Shown piece after piece: positions 17,644 to 26,140 of a stretch of DNA of 58,951 nt. The DNA lies in NCBI GenBank assembly GCA_013204395.1, contig JABMNZ010000002.1, positions 1 through 58,951 of the forward strand, given 5' to 3'. The notes under the pieces were generated by a model that was not told the origin of the DNA, made no database searches, and was given only the letters and a program-made list of their open reading frames with translations. A program made the position numbers and the translations under genes. Each line of letters begins with the position of its first letter. Position 1 is the stretch's first letter. Origin of the DNA: Parcubacteria group bacterium (lineage in GTDB: Bacteria; Patescibacteriota; Patescibacteriia; UBA9934; GWF2-40-263).

Positions 17644-20535
17644 ATGAATTTTCCTGAAAAAGAAGAAGAGGTTCTCCGATATTGGGAGGAGAACAACATT
17701 TTTAAAAAGACCCTAGATAAACAGGCCCCTAAGGGTCCGTTTGTGTTTTACGAGGGGCCACCTACGGCAAACGGTAAACCTGGTATTCACCACGCCGAGT
17801 CACGTGCCTATAAAGACTGTATTCCTAGGTTCAAAACCATGCAGGGATATAAAGTGATGCGAAAGGCTGGATGGGATACCCATGGCCTTCCCGTTGAAAT
17901 TGAGGTTGAGAAGCAGCTTGGATTTAAGAGTAAGTCTGAGATTGAAGAGTACGGCATCGCTAAGTTTAATGAGAAATGTCGTGAGAGTGTGTGGGCCTAC
18001 AAGGAAGATTGGGAGGCGTTCACTCGTCGACTTGGCTATTGGGTGGATCTTGAGGATGCTTACATTACCTATAAACCTGATTACATTGAATCGCTCTGGT
18101 GGATCATCAAGCAGGTTTGGGATAAGGGACTTTTGTACCAAGATTACCGAGTGACCCCTCACTGTCCGCGTTGTGGCACGTCCCTTTCTAGTCATGAGCT
18201 GTCACAAGGCTATAAGGATGTGAAGGATTTATCTGTGACAGGAGAGTTTCTTGTGACAGAAGGTTCCCATGAGGCACTCACCTCACAGATACCAACAAGT
18301 CTTTTGGCTTGGACCACCACACCATGGACTCTTCCAGGGAACGTGGCGTTGGCCGTTGGTCCAAAGGTTACCTACGTTGTTATTGAAAAAGAAAATGAGG
18401 GGGGAGAGGGTCGCGTGCGTTTTGTTCTTGCAAAGGATCTTGTTGAAAAGATTTTTGATGGGTCTGAGTATGAGGTTGTTGCCGAGGTAACTGGTGAGGA
18501 TTTGATTGGAACAAAGTATAAACCTTTATATAACTTTCTTGGGGAAGTTGCCGATGAGGAAAATAAGGAAAAGATGCAGGCGAAGGCCTATCAGGTTTAC
18601 GGCGCAGACTTTGTGACCACAGAAGATGGAACAGGGATTGTGCACACAGCCGTTATGTATGGTCAGGATGACTTCGTGCTCGGAAATGAGATCGGGTTGC
18701 CAAAGATTCACATGGTGAATCTAGACGGCACCTTTATGGAACCAGCTGGGTTCCTCGCGGGAAGGGTTGTTACAGATGAAGAGGTTGCCATTGATATCAT
18801 TAAGGACTTAGCACATCGTGGACTCCTGTTCTCCAAAGCAAAGTATGAACACAGCTACCCTCATTGCTGGCGCTGTAAGAACAAGGTGATTTATTACGCG
18901 AAGGATTCTTGGTATATCGCCATGAGTAAACTCCGTGAAGAGTTACTCGACGGTAATAGTAAGACTCATTGGGAGCCGTCACATATTCAAGATGGACGTT
19001 TTGGTGAGTGGCTACGAGAGGTGAAGGATTGGGCATTTTCACGTGAACGTTATTGGGCAACACCTCTGCCAATTTGGCAGAGTGAGGATGGAGACCGTTT
19101 GTGTATTGGTTCGTTTGAAGAGCTCCGCGCCCTAGCAAAGGATCCGTCTCAGGTGGGAGAATCTTTTGATCCACATCGCCCATTCGTGGATGAAGTGATC
19201 TTGGTAAAAGATGGAAAAGAATTTACACGCGTCCCTGATGTGTGTGACGTGTGGTTTGATTCTGGGTCCATGCCGTTTGCTCAGATGCACTATCCGTTTG
19301 AGAATAAAGAACTGATTGATTCTGGTGAGGCATTTCCTGCGGATTATATTTCTGAAGCCATCGACCAGACTCGAGGGTGGTTTTACACCATCTTGGCCGT
19401 CTCAACTTTGCTTGGAAAAGAAAGACCATACAAGAATGTTATCTGTCTTGGGCATGTAAATGATGCGGATGGCAAGAAAATGTCTAAATCGATAGGGAAC
19501 ATTGTTGAGCCAATGGAAATGATGGATAAGCATGGGGCTGACGCTGTGCGTTGGTACATGTATTCCATTAACCAGCCGGGCGAGTCAAAACGGTTTGATG
19601 AGAAAATGCTTTCTGACATGGTCAGGCAGAACTTTGGGATTCTTATGAACGTGGCGGCTTTCTATGAGATGTATGCTCAAGAAGATGGTGGTCAAGCGAG
19701 TGCAACCCATGTGTTGGATAAGTGGATTTTTGCTCGGTTGAATAAACTCACTCTTGAAACAACCAAACGCCTCGAGGCTTACGTTGTTACCGAGACCGTT
19801 CGTGAGCTGGGGGATTTTATTACGGATTTGTCGACCTGGTATGTACGTCGATCAAGAGACAGAATGAAGGGGACAGATGACGCTGATAAAGCGGCAGCTG
19901 TTAGTACGCTTGGGACCTGCTTGCTTACATTCTCAAAACTGATGGCTCCATTCGCTCCGTTTTTAGCGGACACACTGTATTCTCAGGTTGGTGGAAAGCT
20001 AGAGTCGGTTCATTTAGATGAGTGGCCTGAGGCAGACGAGGGTCTTATTGATGAAACCGTTATAAGTCAGATGGCCCGTGTACGTTCCTTGGTAACGGCT
20101 GCATTGGAAAGACGGGCTGAAGCTGGAATTGGGATCAGACAAGCTCTTGGGGCCATGACGGTGAAAGAGGCGATTGATGAAGAATATAAGCAGCTTGTGT
20201 TGGATGAGGTGAATGTAAAAACAATTATCTTTGATGAAAATCTTAATAGTTCGGTTGAACTGGATACAACCCTTACTCCCGAACTGATTCGTGAGGGAGT
20301 GTCTAGAGAAATTATTCGAAATGTGAATTCGCTTCGCAAGAGTGAGAATCTAACCATTGAAGACAAAATTGCTTTGTACGTAAGCGGTGCAGATGAAGCA
20401 GTTGCAGAACATAAAGAAGCAATTCTTCACGGAACACTAGCTGATTCTATTCAAACAGACGGTGAGCTGCCGGCCGTGACGAAGACCTTCTCCACAGGGG
20501 AGCTGCAGATCACCGTCGGGTTTGCTACACTGTAG
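17644..20535 (+). CDS. ileS: Isoleucyl-tRNA synthetase (type 2)
   Basis: GPPTANGKPGIHH, WTTTPWTL, AIDQTRGWFY, KMSKS. Confidence 0.98.
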   Translation: MNFPEKEEEVLRYWEENNIFKKTLDKQAPKGPFVFYEGPPTANGKPGIHHAESRAYKDCIPRFKTMQGYKVMRKAGWDTHGLPVEIEVEKQLGFKSKSEIEEYGIAKFNEKCRESVWAYKEDWEAFTRRLGYWVDLEDAYITYKPDYIESLWWIIKQVWDKGLLYQDYRVTPHCPRCGTSLSSHELSQGYKDVKDLSVTGEFLVTEGSHEALTSQIPTSLLAWTTTPWTLPGNVALAVGPKVTYVVIEKENEGGEGRVRFVLAKDLVEKIFDGSEYEVVAEVTGEDLIGTKYKPLYNFLGEVADEENKEKMQAKAYQVYGADFVTTEDGTGIVHTAVMYGQDDFVLGNEIGLPKIHMVNLDGTFMEPAGFLAGRVVTDEEVAIDIIKDLAHRGLLFSKAKYEHSYPHCWRCKNKVIYYAKDSWYIAMSKLREELLDGNSKTHWEPSHIQDGRFGEWLREVKDWAFSRERYWATPLPIWQSEDGDRLCIGSFEELRALAKDPSQVGESFDPHRPFVDEVILVKDGKEFTRVPDVCDVWFDSGSMPFAQMHYPFENKELIDSGEAFPADYISEAIDQTRGWFYTILAVSTLLGKERPYKNVICLGHVNDADGKKMSKSIGNIVEPMEMMDKHGADAVRWYMYSINQPGESKRFDEKMLSDMVRQNFGILMNVAAFYEMYAQEDGGQASATHVLDKWIFARLNKLTLETTKRLEAYVVTETVRELGDFITDLSTWYVRRSRDRMKGTDDADKAAAVSTLGTCLLTFSKLMAPFAPFLADTLYSQVGGKLESVHLDEWPEADEGLIDETVISQMARVRSLVTAALERRAEAGIGIRQALGAMTVKEAIDEEYKQLVLDEVNVKTIIFDENLNSSVELDTTLTPELIREGVSREIIRNVNSLRKSENLTIEDKIALYVSGADEAVAEHKEAILHGTLADSIQTDGELPAVTKTFSTGELQITVGFATL

Positions 20536-20539
20536 GCGT

Positions 20540-21295
20540 ATGCCAACGGATTTCCTTAAGCTTTTAACAGACCTTGGTTTGTCTCCAACTGAGACGCGAG
20601 TCTATCTAGCCTCTTTGAAGTTAGGGCCAACGTCTGTGCAAGAGATTGCCAAAAAGGCAAAGCTGTCACGGACAGCAAGTTACGACGTCATTTCTTCGCT
20701 TCAAGAGCGTGGACTCATGTCTACTTTTGAACGCGGAAAAAAGAAGTTCTTTGCTGCAGAAGATCCTGAAAGGGCCGTAAGTTATTTCCGAAGGCGTGTT
20801 CATGATCTAGAAGATCAGATTGAAATGTTTTCTCGTTCCGTTGATGAGATGAAAATGCTTACAGGTGGTGAAAGGCCAACGGTAAGATTTTTTGAGGGGA
20901 GAGAAGCCTTGTTTTCTTTGTTCAGCGATCTATCTTCATCAAATGCATCAGAATTACTTGAACTTTCAAATGTAGATCTTGTTTACGAGAAGTTGGATCC
21001 AGAGATCTTAACTGAGGCAAGAAAGGCCTTTGGTACATCGACGACAAAATTGCGCATGTTGCATTCTGGTGAGATTCGTAATCCAGCGAAGAATGCAGAG
21101 TACTGTAGACTGCTTCCAGAGTTTGGAGAGATTGGGGGAGAGATATGGATTTATGCAGATAGAGTTGCGTTCTCGCAGTGGGTGGGGAAGATGGTGGTGG
21201 TCATTGTACAAAGTAAAGTTTTTTCAGATATGGCGAAAACACTTTTCAATGCCGCTTGGTCTGTGTGTAGCGCTCAGTCGTATAAAAAGAAATAG
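20540..21295 (+). CDS. TrmB-family transcriptional regulator
   Basis: LGLSPTETRVYL..SVQEIAKKAKLSRTASYDVISSLQERGL wHTH. Confidence 0.88.
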   Translation: MPTDFLKLLTDLGLSPTETRVYLASLKLGPTSVQEIAKKAKLSRTASYDVISSLQERGLMSTFERGKKKFFAAEDPERAVSYFRRRVHDLEDQIEMFSRSVDEMKMLTGGERPTVRFFEGREALFSLFSDLSSSNASELLELSNVDLVYEKLDPEILTEARKAFGTSTTKLRMLHSGEIRNPAKNAEYCRLLPEFGEIGGEIWIYADRVAFSQWVGKMVVVIVQSKVFSDMAKTLFNAAWSVCSAQSYKKK

Positions 21296-21486
21296 AATTG
21301 AATTTGCTGTGGCTGGGTGCCTCAAGGCATTCCTCGACCGTCCTCGTCGGACTGCGGGCGGGTCGAGAAATACCTTGTGCCACCTGTGGTTAACTAATGG
21401 TTGGTAGTGGTGATGGGGGTGAAAAAATTCGTGGCGTCGAGCCACTTATTTTTTTTTGCAAAGAGCAATCACTAAAACTTGTCACT

Positions 21487-21520
21487 AAAAAGCAAAGCCG
21501 ACCCTTTTGTTGGGGGCCGG
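21487..21520 (-). terminator. Rho-independent terminator for minus-strand transcript
   Basis: CCGGCCC-loop-GGGTCGG then CTTTGCTTTTT. Confidence 0.55.
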
Positions 21521-22047
21521 TCGTCGTGGGGTCGAGCTGAGCTCGAGAGAAACGCAAGTGATCGGGGGTTGGTGGTGTTTGGTGGAGCTCGCCCGGGCCC
21601 GGATGCTTTGCTGCATCCGGGACACCGGGGTCGTCGCTCTCCGAACTAGCCTCCCATACCTCACCTCCTCCCTGCGTTACCTCGTCCACAACGATGCTTT
21701 GCCGGCCTCGAAGGCTGGCGGACGTCTTCATCGTCTTCAGGTCGTCACGAATGCGCCGTTGCGCTTATGTACGTCCTGATGGTGGGTTGATCTGACGAAT
21801 CAGCCTCTTTGTTCACCGTTATCGGTGTCATTGAAGTCGACAGTCTGATCTCGCAGGGAGGGTATGACTCTCTTCACGTGTTGGTTTCTCCGTTTTTTGG
21901 CCGAGTTTGGCCGATGGAAGTGATGGACTGATTCCTGCACTTCCAGATTCTCCTTACGATCTGCTCTCAATGGGTTCTAGCCTCCGAACATGGTGGGCTC
22001 CGGAACAGGCGAGACCGGGATGGTCCGCCAAAACTGCAGAACGGAGA

Positions 22048-22076
22048 AGACTACCATGAATCGTCCATTGTGTCAA
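22048..22076 (-). promoter_or_regulatory. sigma70 promoter (leftward of divergent pair)
   Basis: TTGACA-17nt-TAGTCT. Confidence 0.65.
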
Positions 22077-22194
22077 TGGTTCACGGACAAATAGATGTTG
22101 AAGGTCAAAAACAGCAAATTATACTGTGTTCAGAAAGTTTGAACAGAATTCTTTGCTAAATTTAGTTATATCATTCAATCTTGACCAATATGCC

Positions 22195-22223
22195 TTGACA
22201 CTTAGTTTATAAGATGATAGTCT
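22195..22223 (+). promoter_or_regulatory. sigma70 promoter (rightward of divergent pair)
   Basis: TTGACA-17nt-TAGTCT. Confidence 0.7.
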
Positions 22224-22656
22224 TCTGCCTTGCCTGATGTCAGCCCTGGCCGACAGAAGGTAAACCAACCACTTCACCAGAGAGAGGTTAATCGAGGAGA
22301 TAACATCTCTCTGGTGAGGAGGCCATTGTCAGTGATACTTGTCCTGATGATGAAATCTGGACTGTTCGTAGATAACGTCCCCACTGCTTACTCAGAAAAT
22401 GCACGAGAGTATCGTGCAAAGGACAACTGTCTGGCGACACTCCGGCTCTGAATCAATAGATTCAGTAGTAAATATCTCTAGGGGAGATAAACACAATTGA
22501 ACGGGGCGTTTTGCCCCACGGATTTGGTCCTGTGCCTGAGTTGTACCCCAGCAACTCAGCGTGCGGAGCCAATTCTGTGGGGCGACAGGTCGCTCTGGCC
22601 CATGCTTTGTGGAGACGTGCCACAAACTCGCCCTAGGGCGGGAAGAGGTCAACAGG

Positions 22657-23235
22657 ACTTCTCGGGGGATGTTATAAGAGCATCATTCCTCGGTAAGCCT
22701 TGGCGAAAGTCAGGGAAGACATCGGTTGTTATCGATGTTCCACTGCCCGTTGTTCGGGAATAGTGGCTAAGGGGAAGAACAGGTGAGTGGAGCCTGCGCC
22801 TTAGAAAATAGTTATTGCTCTTTACCACACAGACCTCGTTCGTGGTGCCTAGAGATGGGTAACACGACTGTACTCGGCGCTCAGAGTCGTCGATCCCCAG
22901 GTGGGAAAAGTGTGTGCGTAGGAGCCGCTGTCGCGGAAGCTACAATCACAAAGGGTGTAAACGAGGCACCCATACTCTAAACTCCGGCACAAAAGGATGT
23001 GTCGGTCGACTGAAGTCGGTGCGTGTGTTTCATCCTTAGTTGGGTGTGCACATGAAGGGAATCCGGATCCCATCATTCCTTGCGCCCTGCACGGAGACGT
23101 GACCAGGGATAAATCCGGCGGGGGGTCGTCGGTTGAGTGTTAAAAAACTCAGTGTTGTTACTCAGGAACCAACGGGGAGCTGAGTAATAAAAGGGCGGTC
23201 GAAAAGCCTAAATACCCGCCTACGTCGCTAGAAGT
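22657..23235 (+). ncRNA. Candidate large structured ncRNA, unit A (unknown family)
   Basis: No credible ORF; consecutive helices conserved with compensatory changes in unit B. Confidence 0.6.
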
Positions 23236-23240
23236 CTAAA

Positions 23241-23825
23241 ACTTCTCGGGGATGCATCAGAGCATCATTCCTCGGTACGCCTTGGCCAGAAGCTAAGGAA
23301 GACATCGGTCATGATCGGTGTTTCACCCCCAAGTGGGTGGCTAGTGCGACGAGTCCACGGAGCTCGTGCATTAGAAAATGGTTGTTCTTTCCAAACCCAC
23401 CACAAACTTGTTTTCCGAGAGGAAAGCAAAGTAACCCCGGCGAAGAGTGAACTCGTCGGTTGGCCACAGGCCAGTGCATCCGTTCAGGATCTCTTTGGAG
23501 AAGCTGTTCAGATGAAACGTGGGTGGAGATGAAACACTCCTCCGTTCAGTTGTTGTTGAGAAACAATGGCTACGCAAATCCGGCTGGGTGAAGTCGGTTG
23601 GCCCTTAGGTCAGTGCCTTGAACTAGGAACCGCCACGGCGGGAGCTAGTAAAAGGAAAGGCGAGATTAACGGACGCCAAATCACCCATCTTCACTGCAGC
23701 GCGAGGTCAAATAACCTCCTCCCTGCGTACGTCCACGCTGACGTCGCGCTGCGGGACCATAAGGCTCACAAGGCTTTCATGGTCCCTATTCTCCCCCTTG
23801 TCATTTATTACTCTGGTAATGAAGT
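23241..23825 (+). ncRNA. Candidate large structured ncRNA, unit B (homolog of unit A)
   Basis: Shares ACTTCTCGGGG(G)ATG, GAGCATCATTCCTCGGTA, GGAAGACATCGGT, TTAGAAAAT, TGAAGTCGGT and AGGAACC..GGGAGCT with A in the same order; 3' end approximate. Confidence 0.6.
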
Positions 23826-23867
23826 GGCAAGAGGGAGAACCATGTCCCACAAACCAAGGAGGTACAC

Positions 23868-24224
23868 ATGAACACTCTCAATTTGACGCAGCACCTGGCC
23901 AGCGAGCCGCAGATCGAAGCCGGTGTGGTGGAGCCCAAGGACAAGGCGGCGGTGCAAGCCCTGCTGACGTTCACGGAGCTGCCCAGCCAGCAGACGCTCC
24001 TTCAGCGTGCAAGCGCACTGGCCACCCTGGCCAAGGAGTCCGACTGCCAGTCCGCCATGATCGGCGGCGCCCCCTACTTCATGGGGCACCTGGAGCAGGC
24101 TCTGCGAGGAGTCGGTGTCCGTCCGCTCTACGCTTACTCGGAGCGTCGCAGCGTGGACAACGTGCAGGAGGATGGATCGGTCCGCAAGGTCGCCGTGTTC
24201 GTCCACCTCGGGTTCGTGGGGTAA
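23868..24224 (+). CDS. Small alpha/beta hypothetical protein (NLTQH...IGGAPY...RKVAVFVHLGF)
   Basis: AAGGAGGT SD; strong C/G codon bias. Confidence 0.85.
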   Translation: MNTLNLTQHLASEPQIEAGVVEPKDKAAVQALLTFTELPSQQTLLQRASALATLAKESDCQSAMIGGAPYFMGHLEQALRGVGVRPLYAYSERRSVDNVQEDGSVRKVAVFVHLGFVG

Positions 24225-24450
24225 GAGCCCGCATGGTGTGATCCGCAATCACTAAGCACAACGGGGAAACCTGGGGGACGCTACGCAAACTGGGGTCCTT
24301 TACTGCAAAGCTTTCTAGGGTTAGCTCTGCTGAAAGGACAATAAATAAAAAAAACTTATGTATACACTTGCTTATTTCACTTCATCTATTCTCATGTTTG
24401 GTCTTGTACTCGCAGCATAAAATATGAATTCACATTCGGTACTGGGGCAT

Positions 24451-24487
24451 CTTCCTGAGTTTTCGAAAATATCGAATGTTCAGGAAG
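24451..24487. repeat. 37-bp imperfect palindrome, copy 1
   Basis: CTTCCTGAGTTTTCGAAAATATCGAATGTTCAGGAAG. Confidence 0.85.
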
Positions 24488-24543
24488 CACCGTGAGTCTG
24501 GACACTCATGATGTATCACATCCAATCCTTTAAGGAGGAACCC

Positions 24544-25047
24544 ATGTCCAAGCCCCTGACCATCGCCCGCGGTCTGCGTCGTGCCAAGCAGGTCCAAGGT
24601 CGTGTCGCCGAGATGCGCGCGCGCCTGCTGACCACCACCAGCTGGCAGAAGGACCAGAAGCCCGAGTTCACCTTCGACGAGACGCTCGCGTCCTTCGACG
24701 CCGCTGTCGACGAGTTGGTGAGCCTGCGCACCGCAATCGCGCGTGCCAATGCCACCGCCACGGTGCAGTTCGGTGATCGTTCGATCACGCTCGCCGAGGC
24801 CATCCGGCAGCAGGCCGAGCTCAAGGGCCGCATCACTCTCTTCCAGTCCTTGGGACTGCGGCAGGGTGAGGAGCGGGTGCACGTCGGCTACGACGAGCGC
24901 TCCCGTCCGACCCACGAGGTCGTGGTGTACGAGGCTGTCTGGACCGAGCGCCAGCGCGCCGAGCAGATCGAAGGGCTTCGCGCCCGGCTCGAGACCCTGG
25001 GCGAGCTGCTCGAGGAGGCCAACCACACCACCCGCCTGGAGCTCTAG
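24544..25047 (+). CDS. DIP1984-like alpha-helical coiled-coil protein
   Basis: AAGGAGG SD; ITLAEAIRQQAELKGRI and LLEEANHTTRLEL resemble the DIP1984 family. Confidence 0.7.
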   Translation: MSKPLTIARGLRRAKQVQGRVAEMRARLLTTTSWQKDQKPEFTFDETLASFDAAVDELVSLRTAIARANATATVQFGDRSITLAEAIRQQAELKGRITLFQSLGLRQGEERVHVGYDERSRPTHEVVVYEAVWTERQRAEQIEGLRARLETLGELLEEANHTTRLEL

Positions 25048-25055
25048 CTTCAGCG

Positions 25056-25347
25056 CGCGGTGGGCGCCTATCGCTTGGGGCGGGGAGATTCCAACGGATG
25101 TGAGACTGATCTGAACCTAGGGCTTGTCCTAGGGGAGGTGAAGTAGGTCGCCAACCAATTTCCGACCCACCGGTTGGAGGATGGTTACCACGCGCAAGCG
25201 TGATAATGCACAAAGATTTCGATCGCGATGCCGATGCTCAGGGTTTAAGGCTTAAATGCTAAAGACTCAAGGCTAAGGATTAAAGATTCAGCGATCAGGA
25301 CTTGTGAAGACCACTTACGTCCCGCGGGCTCCCCGTCCCTCACCGCG
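25056..25347 (+). ncRNA. Candidate structured 3' ncRNA with heptamer tract
   Basis: Nested closing helices CGCGGTG/CACCGCG and CGGGGAG/CTCCCCG; GCAA-tetraloop hairpin at 25189-25202. Confidence 0.55.
25242..25304 (+). repeat. Degenerate 7-nt tandem repeat, 9 units
   Basis: GGTTTAA GGCTTAA ATGCTAA AGACTCA AGGCTAA GGATTAA AGATTCA GCGATCA GGACTTG. Confidence 0.85.
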
Positions 25348-25386
25348 ATACCACGAAGGGACCACACAACTTACGCCTGGGGTACT

Positions 25387-25423
25387 CTTCCTGAGTTTTC
25401 GACAATTTCGAGTGTTCAGGAAG
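25387..25423. repeat. 37-bp imperfect palindrome, copy 2 (followed by GGTTTTTT)
   Basis: CTTCCTGAGTTTTCGACAATTTCGAGTGTTCAGGAAG; 34/37 identical to copy 1. Confidence 0.85.
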
Positions 25424-25461
25424 GGTTTTTTGAACAGAACTTAGAATGACAAGGGAGACAG

Positions 25462-25659
25462 ATGAGCAATTCCAATGGTCCGATGACTTTGACCGCTGGA
25501 GTCAAGCGCGCGCGTCGGTGCAGTAGTGACCAGCTCGTGCGAAAGATCAAGCTGGCTGCCCATCGCCGTGTTCGTCGAAGTGTTCGTCAGCAGCTCTGTG
25601 AGTCTCACGACGATCAGGATCTGATGATGCGCGGCGCATGCGAGCGGGTGGTCTGCTAA
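25462..25659 (+). CDS. Small Arg-rich hypothetical protein
   Basis: AAGGGAGA SD-like; coupled to next ORF. Confidence 0.6.
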   Translation: MSNSNGPMTLTAGVKRARRCSSDQLVRKIKLAAHRRVRRSVRQQLCESHDDQDLMMRGACERVVC

Positions 25660-25674
25660 ACAACAGGAGAGAGA

Positions 25675-26004
25675 ATGCAAGTTATTCTAATTGGTTCTGC
25701 GAGGGGAATTCTGCTGGGAGAAGACATTCACATTCTCAGGCGAAGCAGCAGCAGTTCCTACACCATGGCTGTGGACAGTAGGACATGGTACAGGTACTGC
25801 TGCCAGGATGGTTGTTGCGATAGAGGATTGCAGCCTGATGTGCGAGAGGTAGTTGAGGCGGCCAAGGAACAGGGCGCTACACGCGTCATCATTAGGACTG
25901 GACAGGGGTCCTATTACCACGGCTCTATTGCGGGCCTTCCTGTCAGTGATGTCTCAAGTCATGTCGGCATGCTCGACGAAGGGCATATGATCATTCGTCG
26001 GTAG
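25675..26004 (+). CDS. Hypothetical protein
   Basis: AGGAGAG SD; YCCQDGCC motif. Confidence 0.65.
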   Translation: MQVILIGSARGILLGEDIHILRRSSSSSYTMAVDSRTWYRYCCQDGCCDRGLQPDVREVVEAAKEQGATRVIIRTGQGSYYHGSIAGLPVSDVSSHVGMLDEGHMIIRR

Positions 26005-26140
26005 TTCAGACTTTTTAGGAGGAGACGGTCGGGGAGCAATTCTCGACACGGTGAATGTTACGCATTCACCACGCTCCAGATGTTCACGATTTACTCGTGG
26101 GTGCCTGGAGCGTTTTGGTTTGCTGTATAATGTGATTGCT

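Noticed and set aside
21560-21600. tmRNA-like 3' end GAGCTCCACCA on the minus strand
   Set aside because: No T-arm GGTTCGA and no matching 5' acceptor strand.
22048-22223. Group I intron P7 elements (AGACTA / AAGATGATAGTC)
   Set aside because: Better explained as the TAGTCT -10 boxes of two divergent promoters; no P3/P4/P6 core.
22345-22366. Hammerhead core CTGATGA..GAAA (also CTGAAGA at 34282)
   Set aside because: No stem II between the core elements at 22.3 kb; no GAAA/UH arrangement at 34.3 kb.
23054-23130. Cobalamin riboswitch-like AAGGGAATCCGG..AATCCGG
   Set aside because: Lacks the downstream CCC-GCAACTGT/B12 box; not present in unit B.
22657-23825. Group II intron (GTGCGACGAG at 23345; GAACCGCC at 23627)
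   Set aside because: No domain V with an AC bulge and no domain VI; the GTGCG start is absent from unit A; no RT gene.
21490-23860. UGA-to-Gly recoding as the explanation for the ORF-free region
   Set aside because: TGA terminates clear genes (e.g. 3341, 5214, 49942), and TAA/TAG stops also interrupt the frames.
24255-24320. c-di-GMP-I (GEMM)-like GGGGAAACC..ACGCAAA
   Set aside because: Element order and the GGCAAAC/P1 pairing do not fit; it also lies 3' of a gene.
24451-25423. CRISPR repeat interpretation of the 37-bp palindromes
   Set aside because: Only two copies ~900 bp apart; no cas genes.
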